From Macrostomum lignano (Eukaryota), in the NCBI GenBank assembly GCA_002269645.1, contig NIVC01000111.1, forward strand, positions 248,001-312,000: a DNA stretch of 64,000 bases, written 5' to 3'. Each line of letters starts with the position of its first letter. Within the stretch, counting starts at the first letter, position 1. The notes beneath the pieces are model-generated. The model worked only from the letters and a program-made list of their open reading frames with translations. It did not search any database and was not told the origin of the DNA. This document shows, one piece after another, positions 1 to 12,770 of this stretch. Both the position numbers and the translations under genes were made by a program.

Positions 1-3000
1 GTATCAAAGACTTCGATCGTTGGGCAAGCCATAAGACCCAGATAAGCGGTGATGCGCAGCTCCGAGTCAAGGTCCATGTTTCTGATAATTCTCAGCAGAG
101 GCCTCCTATCAACGGAGCACGGAGTTCGTCGAAGGGCTTCAATAGCGGCGACGCGCACCTCCATGAGGTTGGACTCCTTGTTGGCACATCGAGCAAGATT
201 TGGCAAAAGCTCAGTCAGGTGTCCAGCGTTTCCGATAGCCTTCAGAGCCACCAAGAGGGTTCGCCTATCGCCGGTGGAGCAATCCGATCCGATCAGCCGC
301 TGAAGAGCAGCGCCAACGCTTTTCACGACGGTTTCTGTTTCGCAGCGAGTCCGGCTGCTGCAGTACTGGTTGACAACGGCGGTAATTCCAAGTTGAGCTT
401 GCGTTCTTGGCTCCTCAACCTGCAGTAGAGGCAGAAGGCTCTCGAGCATCTCCTTGCTCGGGTCCTGCACAAAGGCGAGCGATGTGAGCCACGCGTCCGC
501 TTCGGTGTTGGAGACCTGGCCGCTGGCGATCAGTCCGTTCATCATCTGCACAGCAGCCGGAGTCGTCACTGCAGGCAGGGCGTCAAAGAAGAACTGCTTT
601 GCCATCTGATTGTTTCTTCGGCACACGCTGAAACCTTCGACGTCTCTGCGCATGGTTACCAGCTGCTCGGTTGTCAGCTCCTTCAGTCTGTAGATCAGCT
701 CGTTAAAGAGAACTGGTGTCTTGGGGCCGATGGCTGTACCGAGGTCGCAGAGGCTGCTGAGCACAGACCTGACATTCTCAACTGGATTCTCCGATGTCTG
801 TTTAAAGTCATGATGCTGATACTCTAGCTTGCTGCGCTGAAATACGTGGTCTGAAATGTTTTTGTTGTAATGATTTGACGGAATTATTCTTCTCAAAAAT
901 ACGAGTACAGCGTTGTACTGAAATGCAGTACGATCGTAATCGCTAAGTGACAGTTCATGAAGTAATTTAAAATAAATTTTAACCCCAGAGAAGCATATGC
1001 AACTGAAGTTTTCCTAAGGGCAGGCAGAAATTCAAAATGCAGTCAGTGGTTCACCTACCTATAGATAGCAAGGTGACCCTCGCCCTAAACTTTGAGAGCA
1101 GAGTTACTGATAAGAAGCAACCAGATAATCGGCTGTGTGCCCCCCAAGCGGTCAGAGGACATGAAAACTCTACTTTGACCCTCTGCGCTTTCGCTTTTCG
1201 CCCTCAAACAAGCAACAACACTTCTGCTTATCGTCAAGGCAGCTCCAAATTAAGGCTCTGGGTTAGCATGGCCAAGCCCAGTAAGCAAAGATAATGAGTT
1301 GGCTGCTAAACTCCGATAAGGCACCCGTGTGGGTCGCCTCTCTAGCTGCTCAAACCGCAGAAGCCTCACTCTATCGCGGAAATGCAACTTAGAAAAAAGC
1401 AAGCCAAAATGTTTGCTTTCTTGGCAGAATTTTCCTATTCTTGCTTCAACTAATTAGCATGGGGTGCTGGGGTACTGCAACCATGGAGATATGAGAAGCC
1501 AGTGGACTCTCACCGTGAGCGATTCGGACAATGCCGCCGGTGCCAACGAAGGTCATTTTCTGCTGCACTGTAGTCACAGCTCCGGCAGTTTCCGTGCTGA
1601 ATGGTCGGAACAGATGCTCCTCGGAGCACACTGAGCTCTTCAGGTGGCCGGAAGTGTCGTATTGAGCTCGGCAGGTACGGTTAGCCCTAGTCAGCGGCAT
1701 GGATTGGATTCGGGCCGAGGTCCGGTACGAGCTGCTCTGGAAACTGCTGCGCACCTTCTTCTGGTCGGGGCAGCTCATAAGGTCGGTGACCTTGGTGACG
1801 CTCGCTCCTTTCGACGAATCTTGCTGGACGTTGTAGGTCACCTTGCACCGACCGCTGATGTCCGTCTGTTATGGCAGCAGGGGGTTAGCAGTTTGTAAAA
1901 GTATCTTCATCTCGAAATCCGTGCAAAACTACGAGCTATTAAAACGAGCTATTGAAACCATTCTTTTCTAGAACTTTTGGGTTAAATAAAAATCAAGGAA
2001 TAAATAACTTTTCGCCACAAATTTTGAAGGTTAGTTTGCCTAAATTTGGCATTCTTTAACTACTCGTAAAAATTTATTCGAACTTCCCATTCAAGAACCA
2101 TTGAGCTGGTAAGAGCGAAATCCTGGGTAGAGGAGGATTTGCGATCGAATTCAACTCAAAGGAAAGCTAGAAAGTAAGCCTTTCTTCTATTGTCTATTTT
2201 TATAGTAAAAAGTGCGAATTAGTGCAAATTAAAGGAACCAATGCCTCTTAGTGTGCAAAATTAAAAAAATGATTTCAGCTCTGCTTGCCTGCACTCTCTA
2301 GGGCTCCCTAAGCCTCATTAGCTTCCACTCCAGCCTGCACTGTCTGAGACTCCCTGGCCTCATTAGCTTCCACTCCATCCTGCACTGTCTGAGACTCCCT
2401 AAGCCTCATTAGCTTCCACTCCAGCCTGCAGTGTCTGTGACTCCCTGGCCTCATTAGCTTCCACTCCAGCCTGCACTGTCTGAGACTCCCTAAGCCTCAT
2501 TAGCTTTCACTCCAGCCTGCACTGTCTGAGACTCCCTAAGCCTCATTAGCTTCCACTCCAGCCTGCACTGTCTGAGACTCCCTGGCCTCACTAGCTTCCA
2601 CTCCAGCCTGCACTGTCTGAGACTCCCTGGCCTCACTAGCTTCCACTCCAGCCTGCAGTGTCTGAGACTCCCTGGCCTCATTAGCTTCCACTCCAGCCTG
2701 CACTGTCTGAGACTCCCTGGCCTCATTAGCTTCCACTCCAGCCTGCACTGTCTGAGACTCCCTGGCCTCACTAGCTTCCACTCCAGCCTGCAGTGTCTGA
2801 GACTCCCTGGCCTCACTAGCTTCCACTCCAGCCTGCAGTGTCTGTGACTCCCTGGCCTCACTAGCTTCCACTCCAGCCTGCACTGTCTGAGACTCCCTGT
2901 CCTCATTAGCTTCCACTCCATCCTGCACTGTCTGAGACTCCCTGGCCTCACTAGCTTCCACTCCAGCCTGCAGTGTCTGAGACTCCCTAAGCCTCATTAG

Positions 3001-4805
3001 CTTCCACTCCATCCTGCACTGTCTGAGACTCCCTAAGCCTCATTAGCTTCCACTCTAGCCTGCACTGTCTGAGACTCCCTAAGCCTCATTAGCTTCCACT
3101 CCAGCCTGCAGTGTCTGAGACTCCCTAAGCCTCATTAGCTTCCACTCCAGCCTGCAGTGTCTGAGACTCCCTAAGCCTCATTAGCTTCCACTCCAGCCTG
3201 CACTGTCTGAGACTCCCTAAGCCTCATTAGCTTCCACTCCAGCCTGCAGTGTCTGAGACTCCCTAACCAACTATCTTCCCTCCCCATCAGGGCAACCTTA
3301 ATTAAAACTTCAAATCCTCGACTTGAAGGTCTTCTAGGACTGTCTAGTCTAAAACTTCAAAAACTAACCTCGACTCCCTCGAAGCCGTCCCGCTGCTCAG
3401 TGTTGCTGTTCTGCAGCAGGCCAATCATGGCCTTCTTGATGTTGAGCACCCAGTCCGGCTCCGCCACTTCAGCACAGACGTCGCCAACCAGGCCGTTCGA
3501 GAAGGCAAAGTGCGCATCAGAGGCGGTGAGCTCCTGCTCGAACCGGGCCTGCTGCGGGCTGTCCAGCCAGGCTTCTCCAGCGGGGTCCAGCTCCTGCACC
3601 CGGATGTTTGACAGGCGCATAGCGACCTCGCACGGTGCCAGGAAGTCAAACACGACCCGAGCGCTGAGCTGCAGTCCGGCCGATTCTTCGGTTGCGCCGC
3701 GAATGTGAGCGCGCATGTCGGTGGAGTAGTCGAAGGTGTACGCCCGACCGACTGAGTAGGCTGGCGGCTGCGCGGCCCGCGGGCAGCTCAAGGCGCAGCC
3801 GCCGCCTCGATGTCGACTTGTCAGCGGCCCTGCACGGTTGGCGCGGATCAGTAACAACAGGTGCTAATTAAACGCTAATACCCTGAATGTCACACATGAC
3901 TGCCTAACATGACGCATATGACTGTCTAACATGTGACGCATATGACTGCCTAACATGTGACACAAATGACTGTCTAACATGTGACACAAATGACTGTCTA
4001 ACATGAGACACAAATGACTGTCTAACATGTGACACAAAGGACTGTCTAATATGTGACACAAAGGACTGTCTAACATGTGACACAAATGACTGTCCAACAT
4101 GTGACACAAAGGACTGTCTAATATGTGACACAAAGGACGGTCTAACATTTGACACAAAGGACGGTCTAACATGTGACACAAAGGGCTGTCTAACATGTGA
4201 CACAAAGGACTGTCTAACATGTGACACACAAAGGACGGTCTAACATGTGACACACAAAGGACGGTCTAACATGTGACACAAAGGACTGTCTAACATGAGA
4301 CACAAAGGACGGTCTAACATGTGACACAAAGGACGGTCTAACATGTGACACAAAGGACGGTCTAACATGTGACACAATGGACGGTCTAACATGTGACACA
4401 AAGGACGGTCTAACATGTGACACAATGGACGGTCTAACATGTGACAAAATGGACGGTCTAACATGTGACACAATGGACGGTCTAACATGTGACACAAAGG
4501 ACTGTCTAACATGTGTCACAAAGGACTTTCTAACATGTGACACAAAGGACTGTCTAACATGTGACACAAAGGACGGTCTAACATGTGACACAAAGGACTG
4601 TCTAACCTATGAGAGCTAACTTGCTAACACAACTAATACAGGCAGTCTAGGACAAAGTTATCCATCATAAGTATTGTTAAACCACCTAGAATATATAACC
4701 AGCTTAAGCTAGAATTGCCCATCTCATCCACCCCAGTGCCTTCAAGATCTTACCGGCATTCGCCAGAGCCGCCAGCAAAAGAAGCAGGAGCACCTTTTGC
4801 TCCAT
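1..4805 (-). CDS. Large lipid transfer protein (apolipophorin/vitellogenin/apoB-like), 5' part. Exons 4754-4805, 3369-3829, 1514-1865, <1-850; continues beyond the window
   Basis: Exon 1 encodes signal peptide MEQKVLLLLLLAALANA followed by donor gtaag. Spliced frame stays continuous through phases 1, 0, 1. LLT-domain motifs: WVLNIKKAMIGLLQ, E|TDISGRCKVTY, CSEEHLFRPFS...GAVTTVQQKM, ALKAIGNAG, VRVAAIEALR, LRITAYLGLMACP. Exon 4 is absent from the ORF track because it runs off the edge; translated manually. Confidence 0.9.
2305..3266. repeat. Intronic minisatellite, 45/46-bp unit ctccct(aa/g)gcctcattagcttccactccagcctgcactgtctgaga, ~21 copies
   Basis: Read directly; explains the periodic ORFs 2490-2951 and 2536-3012. 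Confidence 0.95.
3890..4606. repeat. Intronic minisatellite, 24-bp unit tctaacatgtgacacaaaggac(t/g)g
   Basis: Read directly; 8-aa periodicity (SHVRQSFV, MLDSPLCH) in the ORF track. Confidence 0.95.
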
Positions 4806-5233
4806 AGTTCGTAAAAGACGCTTAATACTGTTCGCCTGCAAGTAGGCGAGATTGCTGTGTGTTTGAAACGATTCACCAAAAAATTGGGTTTTTTGCTTGG
4901 CAAAAAATTGGCTTGGAGGAAGACTAGAAGCCTTAAGCCCCAGGTGCTCTTATAGCAGTTGCCATTATCTCAGAGTCAAGGGTCGCAGATACAGAGTGCA
5001 TTCAGCTGCCTGCCTGGAAGCAGAGCTGCAGCCTTTTCTGTTTGATAACGGCAAACTTCAGAAAGAAATTAAATTCTTCTACGATTTCAAACTTTTTAAG
5101 TTTGCACAGTCAAAAGATTACTGTTCCCTAATTGACCTGGCTGTCCTAAACGTTTAGTTAGCTTCTGTGCGCTAGCTAACTTACGTCACTGCGGTGTGGC
5201 GTTGCATGGCATCAGCTGGCTCGGCGACCGTTG

Positions 5234-5247
5234 GTTACCATGGAAAC
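5234..5247. promoter_or_regulatory. Putative RFX X-box GTTACCATGGAAAC, ~430 bp upstream of the LLTP ATG
   Basis: Matches the X-box consensus GTNRCCATGGNAAC; an identical 14-mer occurs at 21339. Confidence 0.4.
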
Positions 5248-5655
5248 CACATGATAACACCGCACTGCGAATTTGAATGCGCACACAGTTTGGAAACGAA
5301 AATTTTCAATTGCAAGCGCACTTGAGAGAGACCCGTTGGGAGCCTTCGCTCTGATAACTGCTAATTGAGCCGAACAGGGACTCGTAGTTGTCATTAAAGC
5401 TCAGCTGCTTATTGCACCATTTTATTTCTATTTTCGCCGATTACCCCTGGAATTGCTTATTAGGTTGAAATGTTTTTTAAATGGCATTTTAAATGAAGTA
5501 TCTATTAGGAAGCTGCATTTGTTGTTTCTCTTTTGGTTGGCTTAATCTCGACATTGCTAAGATTTACGAGCGTATCAAATACAGTCACATAGAATTATAT
5601 AGAAATCGCATACACACCGACAAGCACTAAAACAGTGGACAGACGGATACAATAC

Positions 5656-6118
5656 TCGTAACAGACAGACAGACAGACAGGCAGGCAGGCAGAAAGACAG
5701 ACAGACGGACAGACACTAAGACAGACAGACAGACAGGCAGACAAACAAACATACTATCAAACTACGAGTAACAGACAAAAAACAAACAAATAGGACACTA
5801 AGACAGACGCTAGGACAGACACTAAAAGACGCAAAGACAGACGCAAAGAAAGACGCAAAGGCAGACGCAGAGACAGACGCAAACACAGACGCAAAGACAG
5901 ACGCAAACACAGACGCAAACACAGACGCAAACACAGACGCAAAGGCAGACGCAAAGACAGACGCAAACACAGACGCAAACACAGACGCAAAGACAGACGC
6001 AAAGACAGACGCAAAGGCAGACGCAAAGGCAGACGCAAACACAGACGCAAACACAGACGCAAACACAGACGCAAACACAGACGCAAAGACAGACGCAAAG
6101 ACAGACGCAGAGACAGTG
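5656..6118. repeat. (AGAC)n microsatellite grading into 12-bp acagacgcaaa(g/c) minisatellite
   Basis: Read directly. Confidence 0.95.
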
Positions 6119-6394
6119 TCAAATAAGCGCCCAGTAAGCGGAGACAGGGCTGCCCGTAGGCTTAGCTTGAGTCATTTGCGATGTTGTATATTTGAGACGA
6201 GCAAAAAAGGTAGCGATTGTGCTGCTATGTAGGTTTAAAACATAGTCATTACTAAATATCGATATGCTAAGGGAGAGAGAGAATGTTACACAGGCCACGT
6301 ACATCGAGGTAAACGCTAGTTTAGAGTTACATGTAGGAAAGCGCACAATTTAAAATTCGTGAGCAGTAGTACATCAGCACACGCCCGGCTCTTT

Positions 6395-8235
6395 AGACAG
6401 ACACTAGGACATCCACTAAAACAGACACTACAGCAGACACTAAGACAGACACTAGGACAGACACTATACTAGGACAAACACTAAGACAGACACTAATACA
6501 GACACTAGGACAGACACTAAGATAGACACTAGGACAAACAATAGGACAAACACTAAGACAGACACTAATACAGACACTACTGGGACAGACACTAAGATAT
6601 AGATACTACGATAGACACTTAGACAGACACTAGGACAAACACTAAGACAGACACTACAGCAGACATTAAGACAGACACTAGGACAGACACTAAGACAGAC
6701 ACTACAGCAGACACTAAGACAGACACTAGGACAAACACTAAGACAGACACTACAGCAGACACTAAGACAGACACTAATACAGACACTAGGACAGACACTA
6801 GGATAGACACTAATACAGACACTAATACAGACACTACTGGGACAGACACTAAGATATAGATACTACGACAGACACTTAGACAGACACTAGGACAAACACT
6901 AAGACAGACACTACAGCAGACACTAAGACAGACACTAGGACAGACACTAGGACAGACACTATACTAGGACAAACACTAAGACAGACACTAAGACAGATAC
7001 TAAGACAGACACTAGGATAGACACTAGGACAAACAATAGGAAAAACACTAAGACAGACACTAATGCAGACACTACTAGGACAAACACTAAGACAGACACT
7101 AAGACAGATACTAAGACAGACACTAGGACAAACACTAGGACAAACACTAAGACAGATACTAAGACAGACACTAGGACAGACACTAAGACAGACACTAAGA
7201 TATAGACTACGACAGACACTTAGAGAGACTAGGACAGACACTAAGACAGACACTAGGACAAACACTAAGACAGACACTAAGACAGACACTAGGACAGACA
7301 CTAAGACAGACACTAAGATATAGACTACGATAGACACTAAGACAGACACTAAGACAGACACTAAGACAGACACTAAGACAGACACTAAGACAGACACTAA
7401 GACAGACACTAGGACAAACACTAAGACAGACACTAAGACAGACACTAGGACAAACACTAAGACAGACACTAAGACAGACACTAGGACAGACACTAAGACA
7501 GACACTAGGACAAACACTAAGACAGACACTAAGACAGACACTAGGACAGACACTAAGACAGACACTAAGATATAGACTACGACAGACACTTAGAGAGACT
7601 AGGACAGACACTACTGGGACAGACACTAAGACAGACACTAAGACAGACACTAAGACAGACACTAAGACAGACACTAAGACAGACACTAAGACAGACACTA
7701 CTGGGACAGACACTAAGACAGATACTAAGACAGACACTAGGACAGACACTAAGACAGATACTAAGACAGACACTAAGACAGACACTAAGACAGACACTAA
7801 GACAGACACTACTGGGACAGACACTAAGACAGATACTAAGACAGACACTAGGACAGACACTAAGACAGACACTAAGACAGACACTAAGACAGACACTAAG
7901 ACAGACACTAAGACAGACACTAAGACAGACACTAAGACAGACACTAAGACAGACACTAAGACAGACACTACTGGGACAGACACTAGGACAGACACTAAGA
8001 CAGACACTAAGACAGACACTAAGACAGACACTAAGACAGACACTAAGACAGACACTAAGACAGACACTAAGACAGACACTAAGACAGACACTAAGACAGA
8101 CACTACTGGGACAGACACTAAGACAGACACTAAGACAGACACTAGGACAGACACTAAGACAGATACTAAGACAGACACTAAGACAGACACTAAGACAGAC
8201 ACTAGGACAAACACTAGGACAAACACTAGGACAAG
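6395..8235. repeat. 12-bp minisatellite gacagacacta(a/g) with interspersed variants
   Basis: Read directly; gives the (VSVL)n pseudo-ORFs. Confidence 0.95.
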
Positions 8236-8591
8236 TAGATGCAAATCCTTAAACTATGTAATACCGGAATTGCATGTAAATGGTGTGGAAGGGAAAGCAG
8301 AACTGTATTTCAAAATCACTTTCCAATTGCACTCTTCGGGTTCCGATGTCTATAGAACATGTACATATCACTTTAGAGCATTTCATAAATTGACCCTATA
8401 GTCTTGACATGTAATCCACTTTGCCTGTGCGCCTCGTCTATTCCCCCAGTGTTAAATGAGCGGAGATAATCAGTAGCGCGTAACTCCGCTACCATAGACA
8501 AAGCAACGCAAAGCAAAGCAACGGCGGAGATAAGGCGTTATATTCGGGTCGCACATGCGGATGTTTTGGCGAAAGTTAGAGTTTGAAATCG

Positions 8592-11500
8592 ATCTCCCCT
8601 TGAGCAGTGGCATCTCAGCATCTCCCCTTGAGCAGTGGCATCTCAACATCTCGATCCCCTTGAGCAGCGTCGTCTCTCAGCATCTCCCCTTGAGCAGCGT
8701 CGTCTCTCAACATCCTCCCCTTGAGCAGTGGCATCTCAACATCCTCCCCTTGAGCAGTGGCATCTCAACATCCTCCCCTTGAGCAGTGGCATCTCAGCAT
8801 CTCCCCTTGAGCAGTGGCATCTCAACATCTCCCCTTGAGCGGTGGCATCTCAACATCTCCCCTTGAGCAGTTGAATCTGAGCATCTCCCCTTGAGCAGTG
8901 GCATCTCAACATCTCCCCTTGAGCAGTGGCATCTCAACATCTCCCCTTGAGCGGTGGCATCTCAACATCTCCCCTTGAGCAGTGGCATCTCAACATCTCC
9001 CCTTGAGCAGTGGCATCTTAACATCTCCCCTTGAGCAGTGGCATCTCAGCATCTCCCCTTGAGCAGTGGCATCTCAACATCTCCCCTTGAGCAGTGGCAT
9101 CTCAACATCTCCCCTTGAGCAGTGGCATCTCAACATCTCCCCTTGAGCAGTGGCATCTCAGCATCTCCCCTTGAGCAGTGGCATCTCAGCATCTCCCCTT
9201 GAGCAGTGGCATCTCAGCATCTCCCCTTGAGCAGTGGCATCTCAGCATCTCCCCTTGAGCAGTGGCATCTCAGCATCTCCCCTTGAGCAGTGGCATCTTA
9301 ACATCTCCCCTTGAGCAGTGGCATCTCAACATCTCCCCTTGAGCAGTTGAATCTGAGCATCTCTCCTTGAGCAGTGGCATCTTAACATCTCCCCTTGAGC
9401 AGTGGTATCTCAACATCTCCCCTTGAGCAGTGGCATCTCAGCATCTCCCCTTGAGCAGTGGCATCTCAGCATCTCCCCTTGAGCAGTGGCATCTCAACAT
9501 CCTCCCCTTGAGCAGTGGCATCTCAGCATCTCCCCTTGAGCAGTGGCATCTCAACATCTCCCCTTGAGCAGTGGCATCTCAACATCTCCCCTTGAGCAGT
9601 TGAATCTGAGCATCTCCCCTTGAGCAGTGGCATCTCAACATCTCCCCTTGAGCGGTGGCATCTCAACATCTCCCCTTGAGCAGTGGCATCTCAACATCTC
9701 CCCTTGAGCAGTGGCATCTTAACATCTCCCCTTGAGCAGTGGCATCTCAGCATCTCCCCTTGAGCAGTGGCATCTCAACATCTCCCCTTGAGCAGTGGCA
9801 TCTCAACATCTCCCCTTGAGCAGTGGCATCTCAACATCTCCCCTTGAGCAGTGGCATCTCAGCATCTCCCCTTGAGCAGTGGCATCTCAGCATCTCCCCT
9901 TGAGCAGTGGCATCTCAGCATCTCCCCTTGAGCAGTGGCATCTCAGCATCTCCCCTTGAGCAGTGGCATCTCAGCATCTCCCCTTGAGCAGTGGCATCTT
10001 TACATCTCCCCTTGAGCAGTGGCATCTCAACATCTCCCCTTGAGCAGTTGAATCTGAGCATCTCTCCTTGAGCAGTGGCATCTTAACATCTCCCCTTGAG
10101 CAGTGGTATCTCAACATCTCCCCTTGAGCAGTGGCATCTCAGCATCTCCCCTTGAGCAGTGGCATCTCAACATCTCCCCTTGAGCAGTGGCATCTCAGCA
10201 TCTCCCCTTGAGCAGTGGCATCTCAACATCTCGATCCCCTTGAGCAGCGTCGTCTCTCAGCATCTCCCCTTGAGCAGCGGCGTCTCTCAACATCCTCCCC
10301 TTGAGCAGTGGCATCTCAACATCTCCCCTTGAGCGGTGGCATCTCAACATCTCCCCTTGAGCAGTGGCATCTCAACATCTCCCCTTGAGCAGTGGCATCT
10401 TAACATCTCACCTTGAGCAGTGGCATCTCAGCATCTCCCCTTGAGCAGTGGCATCTCAACATCTCCCCTTGAGCAGTGGCATCTCAGCATCTCCCCTTGA
10501 GCAGTGGCATCTCAACATCTCGATCCCCTTGAGCAGTGGCATCTCAGCATCTCCCCTTGAGCAGTGGCATCTCAGCATCTCCCCTTGAGCAGTGGCATCT
10601 CAGCATCTCCCCTTGAGCAGTGGCATCTTAACATCTCCCCTTGAGCAGTGGCATCTCAACATCTCCCCTTGAGCAGTTGAATCTGAGCATCTCTCCTTGA
10701 GCAGTGGCATCTTAACATCTCCCCTTGAGCAGTGGTATCTCAACATCTCCCCTTGAGCAGTGGCATCTCAGCATCTCCCCTTGAGCAGTTGAATCTGAGC
10801 ATCTCTCCTTGAGCAGTGGCATCTTAACATCTCCCCTTGAGCAGTGGTATCTCAACATCTCCCCTTGAGCAGTGGCATCTCAGCATCTCCCCTTGAGCAG
10901 TGGCATCTCAACATCTCCCCTTGAGCAGTGGCATCTCAGCATCTCCCCTTGAGCAGTGGCATCTCAACATCTCGATCCCCTTGAGCAGCGTCGTCTCTCA
11001 GCATCTCCCCTTGAGCAGCGGCGTCTCTCAACATCCTCCCCTTGAGCTGTGGCATCTCAACATCTCCCCTTGAGCGGTGGCATCTCAACATCTCCCCTTG
11101 AGCAGTGGCATCTCAACATCTCCCCTTGAGCAGTGGCATCTTAACATCTCCCCTTGAGCAGTGGCATCTCAGCATCTCCCCTTGAGCAGTGGCATCTCAA
11201 CATCTCCCCTTGAGCAGTGGCATCTCAGCATCTCCCCTTGAGCAGTGGCATCTCAACATCTCGATCCCCTTGAGCAGTGGCATCTCAGCATCTCCCCTTG
11301 AGCAGTGGCATCTCAGCATCTCCCCTTGAGCAGTGGCATCTCAGCATCTCCCCTTGAGCAGTGGCATCTTAACATCTCCCCTTGAGCAGTGGCATCTCAA
11401 CATCTCCCCTTGAGCAGTTGAATCTGAGCATCTCTCCTTGAGCAGTGGCATCTTAACATCTCCCCTTGAGCAGTGGTATCTCAACATCTCCCCTTGAGCA

Positions 11501-12770
11501 GTGGCATCTCAGCATCTCCCCTTGAGCAGTGGCATCTCAGCATCTCCCCTTGAGCAGTGGCATCTCAGCATCTCCCCTTGAGCAGTGGCATCTTAACATC
11601 TCCCCTTGAGCAGTGGCATCTTAACATCTCCCCTTGAGCAGTGGCATCTCAGCATCTCCCCTTGAGCAGTGGCATCTCAGCATCTCCCCTTGAGCAGTGG
11701 CATCTCAGCATCTCCCCTTGAGCAGTGGCATCTCAACATCTCCCCTTGAGCAGTGGCATCTCAGCATCTCCCCTTGAGCAGTGGCATCTTAACATCTCCC
11801 CTTGAGCAGTGGCATCTCAGCATCTCCCCTTGAGCAGTGGCATCTCAACATCTCGATCCCCTTGAGCAGCGTCGTCTCTCAGCATCTCCCCTTGAGCAGC
11901 GTCGTCTCTCAACATCCTCCCCTTGAGCAGTGGCATCTCAACATCCTCCCCTTGAGCAGTGGCATCTCAACATCCTCCCCTTGAGCAGTGGCATCTCAGC
12001 ATCTCCCCTTGAGCAGTGGCATCTCAACATCTCCCCTTGAGCGGTGGCATCTCAACATCTCCCCTTGAGCAGTTGAATCTGAGCATCTCCCCTTGAGCAG
12101 TGGCATCTCAACATCTCCCCTTGAGCAGTGGCATCTCAACATCTCCCCTTGAGCGGTGGCATCTCAACATCTCCCCTTGAGCAGTGGCATCTCAACATCT
12201 CCCCTTGAGCAGTGGCATCTCAGCATCTCCCCTTGAGCAGTGGCATCTCAGCATCTCCCCTTGAGCAGTGGCATCTCAGCATCTCCCCTTGAGCAGTGGC
12301 ATCTCAGCATCTCCCCTTGAGCAGTGGCATCTCAGCATCTCCCCTTGAGCAGTGGCATCTTAACATCTCCCCTTGAGCAGTGGCATCTCAACATCTCCCC
12401 TTGAGCAGTTGAATCTGAGCATCTCCCCTTGAGCAGTTGAATCTGAGCATCTCTCCTTGAGCAGTGGCATCTTAACATCTCCCCTTGAGCAGTGGTATCT
12501 CAACATCTCCCCTTGAGCAGTGGCATCTCAGCATCTCCCCTTGAGCAGTGGCATCTCAACATCTCCCCTTGAGCAGTGGCATCTCAACATCCTCCCCTTG
12601 AGCAGTGGTATCTCAACATCCTCCCCTTGAGCAGTGGTATCTCAACATCCTCCCCTTGAGCAGTGGCATCGCAATTACTCCCTTGAGCAGTGGCATCGCA
12701 ATTACTCCCTTGAGCAGTGGCATCTCAACATCCTCCCCTTGAGCGGTGGCATTTTAGTAATTTCCCTCTG
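8592..12770. repeat. ~4.2-kb satellite of 28-bp unit ctccccttgagcagtggcatctca(a/g)cat, ~150 copies, with higher-order structure
   Basis: Read directly; diagnostic variant units recur at regular distances. Confidence 0.97.

Noticed and set aside
5716-8244. Long ORFs such as (VSVL)n and (FASV)n, up to 345 aa
   Set aside because: Products of stop-free 12-bp repeats, with no signal of real coding.
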